Assembly (NCBI GenBank): GCA_002363735.1
Contig: DEWP01000001.1
Span: 31,359 to 95,358 of the forward strand
Length of the DNA stretch: 64,000 nucleotides
Direction of reading: 5' to 3'
DNA from: Bacillales bacterium UBA3207
GTDB taxonomy: Bacteria; Bacillota_I; Bacilli_A; RFN20; CAG-826
The first letter of the stretch is position 1; every line of letters begins with the position of its first letter. The translations under genes were made by a program, and so were the position numbers. The notes under the pieces were generated by a model. It did no database searches. It was not told the DNA's origin and worked only from the letters and a program-made list of their open reading frames with translations. This document shows, one piece after another, positions 1 through 9,700 of the stretch.

Positions 1-151
1 GATCTTTTTTGGAAAGATATTTTCTTCCAATTAGAAAGTAATAAAGCGGATATAAAATTAGAACAAAAAGAGGCAGATAAATGTTCATGCTCGAAAAATA
101 AGCAATCGCTGCTAAACCGAATGTAATAAAAACAAAAATAACACTCTTCAT
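1..151 (-). CDS. hypothetical membrane protein, 5' part only (gene continues past the window start)
   Basis: ATG at 151 is preceded by GGAGG (156-160). It reads MKSVIFVFITFGLAAIAYFSSMNIYLPLFVLILYPLYYFLIGRKYLSKK, which is two hydrophobic helices. It lies directly downstream of the secretion ATPase, where a TadB/GspF-type platform protein would sit, but 50 aa cannot prove that. Confidence 0.45.
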   Translation of the reverse strand, partial: MKSVIFVFITFGLAAIAYFSSMNIYLPLFVLILYPLYYFLIGRKYLSKKD

Positions 152-159
152 ATAGCCTC

Positions 160-1107
160 CTAACAATGAAATTTCTCTACTAAAACCTTATTCTTTACTT
201 CACCAACAGCTTCAATGTAACGTCTTACTACACCATTTTTTGTAATCTCTCTTCTAGTGAAAACATAGACGGGGATATGAGAAAGTAAATCATCCATAAT
301 GTCATCATACGTTTCTTTTGTTTCGGCCATTTCAATCATTCTGACAAGTCGATGAGGCATCGCCATTAAAGAGTTGGCGTGCATTGTTGTAATAATCGGG
401 TGACCTGTCATAACGCTATTTAAAACATCATTCATTTCTTTCCCACGACTTTCAGCAACGATTAGCCAATCAGGGTTTGAACGTAGGGCTTGTCTGATTA
501 AATCGTTGATTGATGCGTTTTGATGAAGCTCGTTTGCTTCCCAAGAAGTAATATCGAGATTTGGATTAATTCTGACAAATTCTAATTCTTGAACGTTATC
601 AATGACGATGATGCGTGAGTTATCTTCAAGATTCGTTAATAAGTACTTTTGTAATTCAGTTTTTCCTGAACCAGTTGGACCGCCAATAATGACTGATCTT
701 TTCTTTTTTAAGCAGTCTAATAAAAAGTCTTTAATTTCATCATTCATGAATGTTTTGCTGGTTAAAATGCGAATATTTTTAGATGCAATACGAATAGAAA
801 ATGATATCGATTTTTCGTTATCAACCCTAACAATTGATGGATGAATTGCGTTAATACGATATCGTCCTTCAGAAACATCAATTGTTGGATTTGTATATGA
901 AAATTGTCTTTCAGCAAGATTGGCAATTTGTCGAACAAAAGATATAACTTCTTCTTTATCGACTTTGATATCCGATTTTTTTCTTCCTAAGCGATTGTGC
1001 AGATAATAAAGATCTTTTCCGTTATAAGAAATATCGGTGATCTCTTCATCTTTTAATAATGGTTCGAGGAAAGATGTTTCTAAAAAGGAAACTAGTTCTT
1101 TATTCAT
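160..1107 (-). CDS. VirB11/CpaF/TadA-family secretion ATPase (T2SSE superfamily)
   Basis: 315 aa. Motifs: Walker A GGPTGSGKT, VIDNVQELE, PDWLIVAESRGKE (Asp/Glu box), TGHPIITTMHANS (His box), N-terminal ITDISYNG. The motif set resembles VirB11/CpaF rather than ComGA/PilB. Confidence 0.85.
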   Translation of the reverse strand: MNKELVSFLETSFLEPLLKDEEITDISYNGKDLYYLHNRLGRKKSDIKVDKEEVISFVRQIANLAERQFSYTNPTIDVSEGRYRINAIHPSIVRVDNEKSISFSIRIASKNIRILTSKTFMNDEIKDFLLDCLKKKRSVIIGGPTGSGKTELQKYLLTNLEDNSRIIVIDNVQELEFVRINPNLDITSWEANELHQNASINDLIRQALRSNPDWLIVAESRGKEMNDVLNSVMTGHPIITTMHANSLMAMPHRLVRMIEMAETKETYDDIMDDLLSHIPVYVFTRREITKNGVVRRYIEAVGEVKNKVLVEKFHC

Positions 1108-1504
1108 TTAGATTTCCTCCTCCATCAATCGTGAATTCACGTGCATGTTGATATGAATAGAAGAAATTGATGTTTGCGCTCAATGATAAACGAACCCCAT
1201 CAGCATGATGATTTGTATTAATTTGTTTGGTTTTTGCATCAAAATAAACTATTGAAGCTTTGTAATTAGGTGAATATTTCTCGACATTTTCTTTTAAATA
1301 ATCCACAACATATTTCTCCAAAACTGGCTCATTAAAATAAGGATCAGTATCATTTCCATCGTCGCCAATTGTCACAACGCTAACTTCCAAAATACTTTTC
1401 TGCATGTTTAAAAATGAACGATGAATGGTTGAATATGTCATTCCACCAAATGAAAAAGTGATGAAAACAGAAAAACATAACGCAAAGAAAAGACAGTTAA
1501 TCAT
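1100..1504 (-). CDS. hypothetical N-terminally membrane-anchored protein
   Basis: 134 aa with a single N-terminal hydrophobic helix (CLFFALCFSVFITFSFGG). It overlaps both neighbours by 8 nt, which suggests translational coupling. No family recognised. Confidence 0.55.
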   Translation of the reverse strand: MINCLFFALCFSVFITFSFGGMTYSTIHRSFLNMQKSILEVSVVTIGDDGNDTDPYFNEPVLEKYVVDYLKENVEKYSPNYKASIVYFDAKTKQINTNHHADGVRLSLSANINFFYSYQHAREFTIDGGGNLNE

Positions 1505-2525
1505 TTTTTAACTCCTTTCCAAAGTCGTCATAACTTGTATCTACGCTTCGAATACAATATTCTGAAGTCACACAATTTCCGATTCTAGATTTTTCTGCTT
1601 CGACTGTGAAATTATATGAATAAAGAATTTTGGAAGTTCCTAAGTCTTCTCCCATGATTGAAAAATCCATGGTTCCGTAATCGTGAAAACCATTCTTTGG
1701 TAGATAAATAAATTTTGTTTGAACATAGCCATTTTGCTTTGTTCGGCTCATCTCGTATGTATAAGGATTTACATATAAAGGGTCTTCCAATTGAACTTGA
1801 TAATTGTATCCACCGATATCAACAAATCTTAGTGGTAAAACAACATATTCATCATACTTTTCTATCTCGGTAATATCTGAAAATAAACCGTATTTTGTCG
1901 GTATTATTAACTCTAAATACGTGTTTTCTTGCGGAACTTTAAGTTCACCAATTTGTTCATAAAATGTGAACATTCCAACATCAAATTTGTTATAAACTTT
2001 GACATCCTTAACGGCGTACCAATTAGTGAAAAAATACTTGTCATATGTGATGTAATATCCGCGATCTTTTGAATAACCAGCAACATCATAAGTTGTGTAT
2101 AAAGATGATCTTTGTTTGTCAACTTTAGTTTGGAAATGTCTGTCATCATATGAGCCATAAAGGTTTAGCTCTACTTTACCTGTTGTTCCGTTGTAATAGA
2201 AAAATTTAATACGATTTTCACCATCTTTTTTAAAGGTGTAATTTGAATATGTACCAAGTAAAAATCCGTTTTCACTCTTACACATTAGGTCAACAAAGCT
2301 TTGACCGCGTCCATTATTGTAAATAAAAGAATAAAGCGTTTTGCCTTTTAAGGAACTATTTCCATTTAAAAGAGCAACAACCTTTCCTTTTCGAGTATTG
2401 CTTGTTGTTACAGGCGTAATGTAAACATATTCCAACCAATAATATGGAGTAGGTTCCGATGCGCCTAAACTGCTTAAACAATATAAAGGAGCGATTAGCA
2501 ATAAAGAGAGTTTCCTTTTAAACAT
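1497..2525 (-). CDS. secreted Tyr-rich hypothetical protein
   Basis: 342 aa with a signal-peptide-like N-terminus (MFKRKLSLLLIAPLYCLSSLGAS). Very Tyr/Asn/Lys rich. No family recognised. Confidence 0.6.
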   Translation of the reverse strand: MFKRKLSLLLIAPLYCLSSLGASEPTPYYWLEYVYITPVTTSNTRKGKVVALLNGNSSLKGKTLYSFIYNNGRGQSFVDLMCKSENGFLLGTYSNYTFKKDGENRIKFFYYNGTTGKVELNLYGSYDDRHFQTKVDKQRSSLYTTYDVAGYSKDRGYYITYDKYFFTNWYAVKDVKVYNKFDVGMFTFYEQIGELKVPQENTYLELIIPTKYGLFSDITEIEKYDEYVVLPLRFVDIGGYNYQVQLEDPLYVNPYTYEMSRTKQNGYVQTKFIYLPKNGFHDYGTMDFSIMGEDLGTSKILYSYNFTVEAEKSRIGNCVTSEYCIRSVDTSYDDFGKELKND

Positions 2526-2857
2526 AATCGTTGATACTCCTTTAAGAAGGCATGAATAGCCTTTTCTCTTTTTCGATAAAACGTTGTTTTAGGAAAAATA
2601 CCTTTCCACCACTTGTTAAATATTTCTCCATTCGAACCGAATGTTTGGGTAATGATATAAGAATAATTTGGAGAAATTGCTTTTAATGTGTGCGTGATTA
2701 AATAAATGTCTTTTTGATATGAAGCTAATTTTTCATCATAACCAACAGAATTAAATTTGATGTTTTCTCTCACATATTTAAATTTCTGATCAAGATGAAG
2801 AAAAATATCCTTCATTTGTTCAATTTTATTGACTCTTTTTTCGACGCAATTCTCCAT
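2495..2857 (-). CDS. small cytoplasmic protein, possible ArpU/sigma-70 region-4-like regulator
   Basis: 120 aa, first gene of the operon. The C-terminal stretch FPKTTFYRKREKAIHAFLKEY resembles the 'S-x-x-T-Y-Y-R-x-K-x-x-A' HTH tail of ArpU/sigma-r4-like proteins, from memory only. Confidence 0.45.
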   Translation of the reverse strand: MENCVEKRVNKIEQMKDIFLHLDQKFKYVRENIKFNSVGYDEKLASYQKDIYLITHTLKAISPNYSYIITQTFGSNGEIFNKWWKGIFPKTTFYRKREKAIHAFLKEYQRLCLKGNSLYC

Positions 2858-2996
2858 AATTTTTTACCTCAAAAAATTTTCCTTATATTTCTTAATGCTT
2901 AAAAAACATCTCGAATTTTTCACAAAAATAATGCAAAAATATTTTATTTATAAAATTTTTTTGTTTTTTTATGGATGGGACATTTATAATTAGGAT

Positions 2997-3530
2997 ATGT
3001 TAATTCTTTGTGGAGCATCAGCTAGCGGTAAAACCGTTACAGCATTAAACTTACAAAAACGTTATGGTTTAATCAAAGCCATCACCACTACAACCAGAGC
3101 AAAAAGAGATGGTGAAAAAGATGGGGTTGATTACTTTTTTATTTCAAAAGAAGAATTTGAAAAAAGACTCCGCGAAGGAAAATTTGTCGAATCATCTTTA
3201 TATAATGGAAATTATTATGGATGCGGCAAGGATCAAGTTGATGATAACAAAGTTATCGTTCTTGACCCGAATGGTTTACATGCGTTTCAGGCATTAAATG
3301 ATCCAAGTGTTGTGACGGTTCTTTTAGTTTGTGATTTTGATAAACGTGCTGAAAGAATGGTGAGTCGTGGAGACAAAAAAGAAAAAATCGAAGAAAGACT
3401 AAGAAATGATCAATTCGATTTTTCTAGCGACAAAATACAAGGCGTTCATTTAGTTGTTCATACTGATAATAAAAACATCGACCAAGTGGCTGATGAAATT
3501 TATTCGTTTTATCAATCAAAGGTAAGATAA
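2997..3530 (+). CDS. guanylate kinase family protein
   Basis: 177 aa. P-loop GASASGKT and TTTTRAKRDGEKDGVDYFFISKEEF (the Gmk TTR-x-x-R-x-GE-x-G-x-Y-F motif). One of the few plus-strand genes. Confidence 0.8.
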   Translation: MLILCGASASGKTVTALNLQKRYGLIKAITTTTRAKRDGEKDGVDYFFISKEEFEKRLREGKFVESSLYNGNYYGCGKDQVDDNKVIVLDPNGLHAFQALNDPSVVTVLLVCDFDKRAERMVSRGDKKEKIEERLRNDQFDFSSDKIQGVHLVVHTDNKNIDQVADEIYSFYQSKVR

Positions 3531-4406
3531 CGACTTCAGTAAGCGACGATACTTTTTCTCACTTAAATGGAGTCGTTTTTCTTTTGGAATTCCGCGAATA
3601 TGGAAAAAGTGTTTCGGATAAAAATAACCAAGATTTGCTGGTGTTTTTATTGCAGCCTCCACTAAACATAGTGAAGATTTGTCTGCACTATTTCCAAATT
3701 TATGCATAAACTTTTTACCAGCATATTGGAACCTCTTTGAGAAGGAAGTTGCCTCTCCGCCAACAATATTGGTTGAGGCTAATCCTGGGTGACAAAGTGT
3801 TACTTCAACTTGTCCATAAAGAGAGGTTGATAAATAAAGTCCGTATTCAAGAATCATTCGTTTTGAAACAGCGTATTGTTTAAATGATGAACGATGTTCC
3901 TTTCGGAAATATTTTTCATAATGAGCAGATCTACCAAAATGGGAAACAATTGAAGAAACTAAGACTAAGCGTTTAATCTTCCCTTCTTTAAATGTTTCTT
4001 TTAAAGCTTCGACGGCAAAATATAAACCAATAAAGTTTGTTCCAACTGTTAAAGAATAACCATCTTTTGTATATAAATTTTTACCAGGATGAAAAATACC
4101 TGCATTTAAAATAACCGCATCAATTCTTGGATATTTTTTAATTAATTGTGGTAATTCTTCAATGGATGACTTATCAGCCTGGTCAAAATGAATAATATCA
4201 ATTTTTCCGTTTGGAAATTCTTTTAATAAATTTTCTTTTGCTTTGTTTGCCTTATCGAGATTTCGACATGCCATAATCACAGAGGCACCTTGATGTAAAA
4301 ACGTTTTACATGCTGAATAACCTAAACCAGAGTTTGCACCAGTAACAAGGTAAAGTTTTCCTTCTAAAGAAGGAAGATTATTTTTTACGTAATCTAAATA
4401 TTTCAT
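3516..4406 (-). CDS. short-chain dehydrogenase/reductase (SDR)
   Basis: 296 aa with TGANSGLG cofactor motif, NAG, and YAVSK (YxxxK). Confidence 0.85.
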   Translation of the reverse strand: MKYLDYVKNNLPSLEGKLYLVTGANSGLGYSACKTFLHQGASVIMACRNLDKANKAKENLLKEFPNGKIDIIHFDQADKSSIEELPQLIKKYPRIDAVILNAGIFHPGKNLYTKDGYSLTVGTNFIGLYFAVEALKETFKEGKIKRLVLVSSIVSHFGRSAHYEKYFRKEHRSSFKQYAVSKRMILEYGLYLSTSLYGQVEVTLCHPGLASTNIVGGEATSFSKRFQYAGKKFMHKFGNSADKSSLCLVEAAIKTPANLGYFYPKHFFHIRGIPKEKRLHLSEKKYRRLLKSLSYL

Positions 4407-5671
4407 TTTGATTTTCTTCTTTTGTGAACAGTGACTTCAACTTTTTCAACAGTAAAATTAGTTGCGTCCACTACTTTCACATCAATGTTATGATACTTAA
4501 ATTTATCACCTATTTTGGCAAATTTTTCAAGATAATCTAGCACCCAGCCTCCAACGGAGTTAAATGCTTTATCTTCAATTTTGTCTAATCCACATAAATC
4601 AAAGAAGTCATCAATATTCATATTGGCATCAACTAAATAACGATTTCGTGAGACTTTTACATATGGTTCTTTGATTTTATCCATCTCATCATACATTTCA
4701 CCAACAAGTTCTTCTAAGATGTCTTCCATTGTTAAAAGACCATCAGTTCCACCAAATTCATCTTTCACAATGACAATATGGTTCTTATGTTCCTTCATCC
4801 AAGAAAGAATCTCAGAAATACCCATTGCGCCTGGAACAAATTTTACTGGAATAATTAATGATTTAAGATTGATTTTTTCTTTAGCTAAAATTGATTTTAA
4901 TAGCTGTTTTGTCGGTAAAATTCCAATAATATTATCAATTGTTCCTTTATAAACAGGAATACGCGAGTGTGCGAATATTTCATCTTTAGCAAGAAGTTTA
5001 TAAATATCAGCATCCACAGGTATTGCAAACATATCAACACGTGGAGTCATGATTTCTTGCGCTTCTGTATCTTTAAAGTCTAAGACCGATTTAATTAGTT
5101 CAGATTGATCTTCGTCAATGGTCCCGTCTTCTTCGACTTTTTCAACAAGTTCTTCAAGTTCATCATCACTCATTTCATCAACATCGTTATGTTCTTCACG
5201 AATAAAGATTTTTGCGATTAATTTACCAATTGAAGAAGTTAACCAAACAATTGGGAAGAAAATGATTCTTAATCCATAAATTGGATAAGCTAAAACAAGT
5301 GATAATCTATAAGAAAAAGCTCGACCAATTACCTTAGGTAATAATTCACCAAATAATAGAATGACAACTAATAAAATAATATCGGCAATTGTTGTTGATA
5401 AAGTCGAATCATAAATTGATAAAGCTAAAACGGTTACCAAAGAAGAAGCCGCGATATTAACAAGGTTGTTTGAGAAAAGAATTGTTGAAATTATTTCGTT
5501 ATAATTTTCAGCAAATTTCAGAGCAATTTTTGCTGCTTTTGATTTCTTTTGAGCTTTCTTCTTTAGACGCAATTTATTAACGGTTGCATAAACAATGTCG
5601 GAAGCAGAAAAGGTTGCTGAAAAGCAAATGAGAACAATAATTGCGATAATTAAACCAACGCGTTCAATCAT
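4403..5671 (-). CDS. CNNM/HlyC/CorC-family transporter (DUF21 + CBS pair + CorC_HlyC)
   Basis: 422 aa with an N-terminal 4-TM DUF21-like region, a CBS pair region, and a C-terminal CorC-type domain. 4-nt overlaps with both neighbours. Confidence 0.85.
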   Translation of the reverse strand: MIERVGLIIAIIVLICFSATFSASDIVYATVNKLRLKKKAQKKSKAAKIALKFAENYNEIISTILFSNNLVNIAASSLVTVLALSIYDSTLSTTIADIILLVVILLFGELLPKVIGRAFSYRLSLVLAYPIYGLRIIFFPIVWLTSSIGKLIAKIFIREEHNDVDEMSDDELEELVEKVEEDGTIDEDQSELIKSVLDFKDTEAQEIMTPRVDMFAIPVDADIYKLLAKDEIFAHSRIPVYKGTIDNIIGILPTKQLLKSILAKEKINLKSLIIPVKFVPGAMGISEILSWMKEHKNHIVIVKDEFGGTDGLLTMEDILEELVGEMYDEMDKIKEPYVKVSRNRYLVDANMNIDDFFDLCGLDKIEDKAFNSVGGWVLDYLEKFAKIGDKFKYHNIDVKVVDATNFTVEKVEVTVHKRRKSK

Positions 5672-6693
5672 TGCTCAGTTTCTCCTTTTCCACTAATTGG
5701 TTCAGCAATTTTACCAACAAGCTCCTCTAAAACATCTTCCATTGTAATCAGGCCAATAATCTTATCTTCGTGGCGCACTAAAGCGATATGAGTGTGGTTC
5801 TTTTTAAATCCATCAATCATCTCATCCATCTTAATTTTTGTTGAGACAAAATAAGGTTTTTGAACAACATCTTTGACTTGAACATTAGGATTTTTTAAAT
5901 AAGCTTTGATGTATGATTTTACATGTAAAACCCCAATAATTTTATCTAACGAACCATAACAAACTGGAATACGAGAAAATGGGATAGATAAGATTTTATT
6001 TTTGATTTCTTCTTTAGATAAATTCTTAATATCTAAATAGACAATCTTGTTTCTTCTAGTAAAAACTTCCTTCACAGAAGTATCAGTAAAATCAAGTGAA
6101 GCATAAATTAAATCTGATTCATCATCATTTAAAACATCTTGTTCTTCGAGTTCATCAACAACATTCGTGAAGTCTTCTTCTGTCATGACCATTTGTTCAC
6201 CAGTTTTAAAGATCTTATTCACTAATTTAGTTAATCCATTTAAAACGATAACAATCGGATAAAATAGGCCCATAAAGAAGCGAGCAATATAAATATTGTT
6301 TCGAGCGACTCGATTTGGCATGGCGCGCGCAATCATCTTTGGTACCATATCCGAGAACATATAAACAATCACCGCCATAACAATCGAAGAAATTAAGGAG
6401 ATTGTTGTATTTTTTAAACCAGTATTTTTTAAAATTTCAAAAAACAAAAACGCCGAGAGAGTTGAAATAACGATACTCGAGATGTTGTATCCTAATAAGG
6501 ATACAGTCAGTACTTTTTCAAATTTCTCGTACGTTTTTAAAATCCGAGCAGCTTTTTTATTTCCATCATCGGCTTCAACACGAAGCTTAAATTGGTTTAA
6601 ACAAGCAAAGGCTGTTTCCGTAGAGGAAAAGAAGCCGCTAAGAACGACAAGCAAGACAATAATAGCTAAATATAGCCACGACAAGGGATCCAT
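5668..6693 (-). CDS. CNNM-family membrane protein (DUF21 + CBS pair, no CorC C-domain)
   Basis: 341 aa, paralogous in layout to the downstream gene. Ends ITMEDVLEELVG..., the same motif as in its neighbour. Confidence 0.8.
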   Translation of the reverse strand: MDPLSWLYLAIIVLLVVLSGFFSSTETAFACLNQFKLRVEADDGNKKAARILKTYEKFEKVLTVSLLGYNISSIVISTLSAFLFFEILKNTGLKNTTISLISSIVMAVIVYMFSDMVPKMIARAMPNRVARNNIYIARFFMGLFYPIVIVLNGLTKLVNKIFKTGEQMVMTEEDFTNVVDELEEQDVLNDDESDLIYASLDFTDTSVKEVFTRRNKIVYLDIKNLSKEEIKNKILSIPFSRIPVCYGSLDKIIGVLHVKSYIKAYLKNPNVQVKDVVQKPYFVSTKIKMDEMIDGFKKNHTHIALVRHEDKIIGLITMEDVLEELVGKIAEPISGKGETEQ

Positions 6694-6707
6694 ATTAATC
6701 AGTTAGA

Positions 6708-9700
6708 TTATTCTTTCACCAAACGACGTTTACGTTTGCTTAAGGTAATCATCAACCATCCAGCTGTGACTTGTAAATTAAGTGCGACAGCAAGTCCAAC
6801 AATAATGTATGGATTAAAATCACTACCAGCAACATGAGTTTCAACAAGACCATAAATGGATAAGTGATTTGTTTTGTAAACCATGTAGTTTCCTTGACGT
6901 TCACCATCAAGACGTGTCACTTCACCGTTATCATTAACATATGTTAAGACAAGTTCATGATCTTTATATGAATCTGGAACAAGAATGCGGAGAGTAAAGA
7001 CAAAGTTAGGATCAATCACTTTACCACTAGCATCAACGTTGATGTGGGCAATGTTGTGATTTTCGTCATAAAAATTAATGTCGTAAACTGTGACAACTTC
7101 AACATGACCTGTTTTCACAATGGAATTGAAGTCGTATTGAGAATAATCAACTTCTTCAGCACGTAATGTGTAATCGCCTTGAATACCAGTTGAAAGGCTG
7201 ATCCAAGCAAGAGATGTGCCTGCTTCGTTTTGTTCAACAGAATAGAATTCATTTCGTGTTGGAATTGGTGTGCCTTCGGCGATCTGCCAGGTTAATGTTA
7301 ATTCAACACTATCACGGCGTTCTCCGTTATAAACAAGTTTACTACCAACGTTTGTATACATTCTAGCGTAGGCAATGTAGGTACCTGCTTCTGTTGCACT
7401 AACAGTGCCAGTGTATTCAACTTTAACTCCTGTTGGAACACCAACTAGTTTAACGCTATGTTTTAATCCATCTTTCGTGAATGGATTGGTGTAATCCCAT
7501 GTTACATTTGTAACATCAATTAAATGAGGATTAATTTCCCAAGTAAAGTATTTTTGATATGTGTTATCAATGGTGTAATTGGTTCGGTCAAAGTTATATG
7601 TGACATGAACACTATATTCACCAATATTTGTTTCACTTTGAGTTCCACTATATAAAACACCAGTAATTTCTTCTGGAAGATATGTTGGATCAATTTGGAC
7701 TGTGTGAGCTTGACCATCGTATTCGAAGCTATTTTGAATTAGACCAACTTCTGGTGGAATAACAATTTGCGCTTTTTCAATAGTCCAAGATTTATCTTTA
7801 TATGGAATACCTTGTAAAACGTAATGTTCTGGATCGTCAAGGACGATATGAACTACAGCTTTATAAGTACCAGCATTGGTTTTCACGTTATTTTCATAAA
7901 CAGCGTGAACGCCTGCTGGAAGTTGATCTTCATAAATATGAACACTCTTTTCAGTGCCATCATAAGTAAATGGTCCTTGATAATCCCAGATGATTTGTTC
8001 ATCATGGAGAATAATGACTTTCTTCTGAATGGACCAACTATAGGTTGTGCTACTCGAAGCACTCCATTCATAGTTATCAGGATCATTTAATTCAAGATTA
8101 ACGACATAATCTCCTGGTTCGGCTTCTTTAACATCGCCTGTACCATGGAAAAGTAATTCATCTTCGCTTGTTGCACCAAATGTTGTGTAATAATCGTGCT
8201 CAAGACCATCATAAATCACTTCTTCAGTTTGTGTTGGAGCTTCAACAACAACGCGGTCAATCTTCACAACGATTTCTTCTTGTTTGACTCCGTCAACAAC
8301 ACAATAATAAGTTCCACTATCACTGTGGTTTTTCACACTGATTGAGCTAGAAGTTTCATCGTAAAGAATTTGTCCATTTTTATACCAAACGAATGAATAT
8401 TCGTGATTTAATTCAACGTTTGGTGTAACTTCAATTGTTGTTTCAAGTCCATCATATTCTTTTTTAACATCGGCACTTGATTCAAAATAAATTGGATAAG
8501 CATCAACATCATGGCTTGGCATGAGATAGAAATATTGATTGGTTTCATTAAATGTTTCATACCATCCGACAATGTCGTGAACTTTATTTCCATCATAAAC
8601 AGTTTTACGATTAGCGAAGAATTGACCATCAACATCTGTTGGAAGAGCGCCAGTCTTAACTTCATCACCAACGTGGTAGCTTACGCGATAAAGATCAGCT
8701 GCTTTAAATGTTAAATCTAATGATAAAGTATCTGGAAGCTTATCAAAGAATGCCGATAAGAAGTCAGCAATCTTTTGTCCAATCTTCGGAATTCTACGAA
8801 CGAGTTTTTGAATATTAAAGTCAATTGTTCCTTCACCAGACCAGACTGATTCACCTCGATAAAATTCCATTAAGGTACGATGGCGGAAGCGTTCTGGGAC
8901 ATGGTTATAAACCTTTTCAAGTAAACGTTGGAAACGAGAATAGTATTTTTGGACTTTCGCGTTTTCTAAGTATGAATCGATTTTATCATTAACACGATTA
9001 TTAAATTCTTCGGAAGTGTATTCACTAAGTAAATCGTGTAAATCTTGGGAGTTATAATCACGGCGGGCAATCTTTTCAAGTAATGATTGAGCCTTATCAT
9101 AAATCTTATTAATGCTATCTTTTAAGTCATCAGGAATTTGGTAGAATTCATCGACAAGGTCATAGACTTTTTGAATGTCTAATGTGGCACCTTTGTTGAT
9201 AGCTTTAAATAATAAATCAACGAATTTATCGACTCTTTCTTGAGTGACAAATTTACTAATACCAAAGAATTCTTTAATTTCATCAGCAGACAAGATTGAT
9301 TCAGCAAGTTGATGATAATCAATTTGTTCAGCGTTGAGTTTTAAGTCTTCAATCGTTTTTGAGTGAACGTGTTGATAAGCTTCTTCGACACTAGAGAAAG
9401 CTAAATCAAATAATTCATGTTTTAAATCATCATTTAAGATGTCAGCTTCAATGACATAACGGTACATGTTGGCTAAGAAGTCTGGGAAATCAACTTTAAT
9501 AATGTATTTTCCGTCAACAACTTCTGCCTTAACATGATCATCGATAATGGCGGCTAATTTACGAAGATATTTGCAATCTCCTTTAAAGCCAATTGTCGCA
9601 TCAAGTTTAACCTCTTCAACTGCTGTATCTAAAACAACCTTAAATTCATGTCTCCATTTGCTATCTTCGAGATGACGAAGTTTATCTGGAGACATAATGG

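Noticed and set aside
602-844. Plus-strand ORFs nested antisense inside long minus-strand genes. Examples: 602-844, 4671-4952, 7824-8090, 13022-13273, 26635-26898, 41676-42008, 48072-48425, 49517-49888.
   Set aside because: Each lies wholly within a well-supported gene on the other strand. Their composition is low-complexity or biased, they have no RBS and no recognisable motifs, and they are typical shadow ORFs of AT-rich coding DNA.
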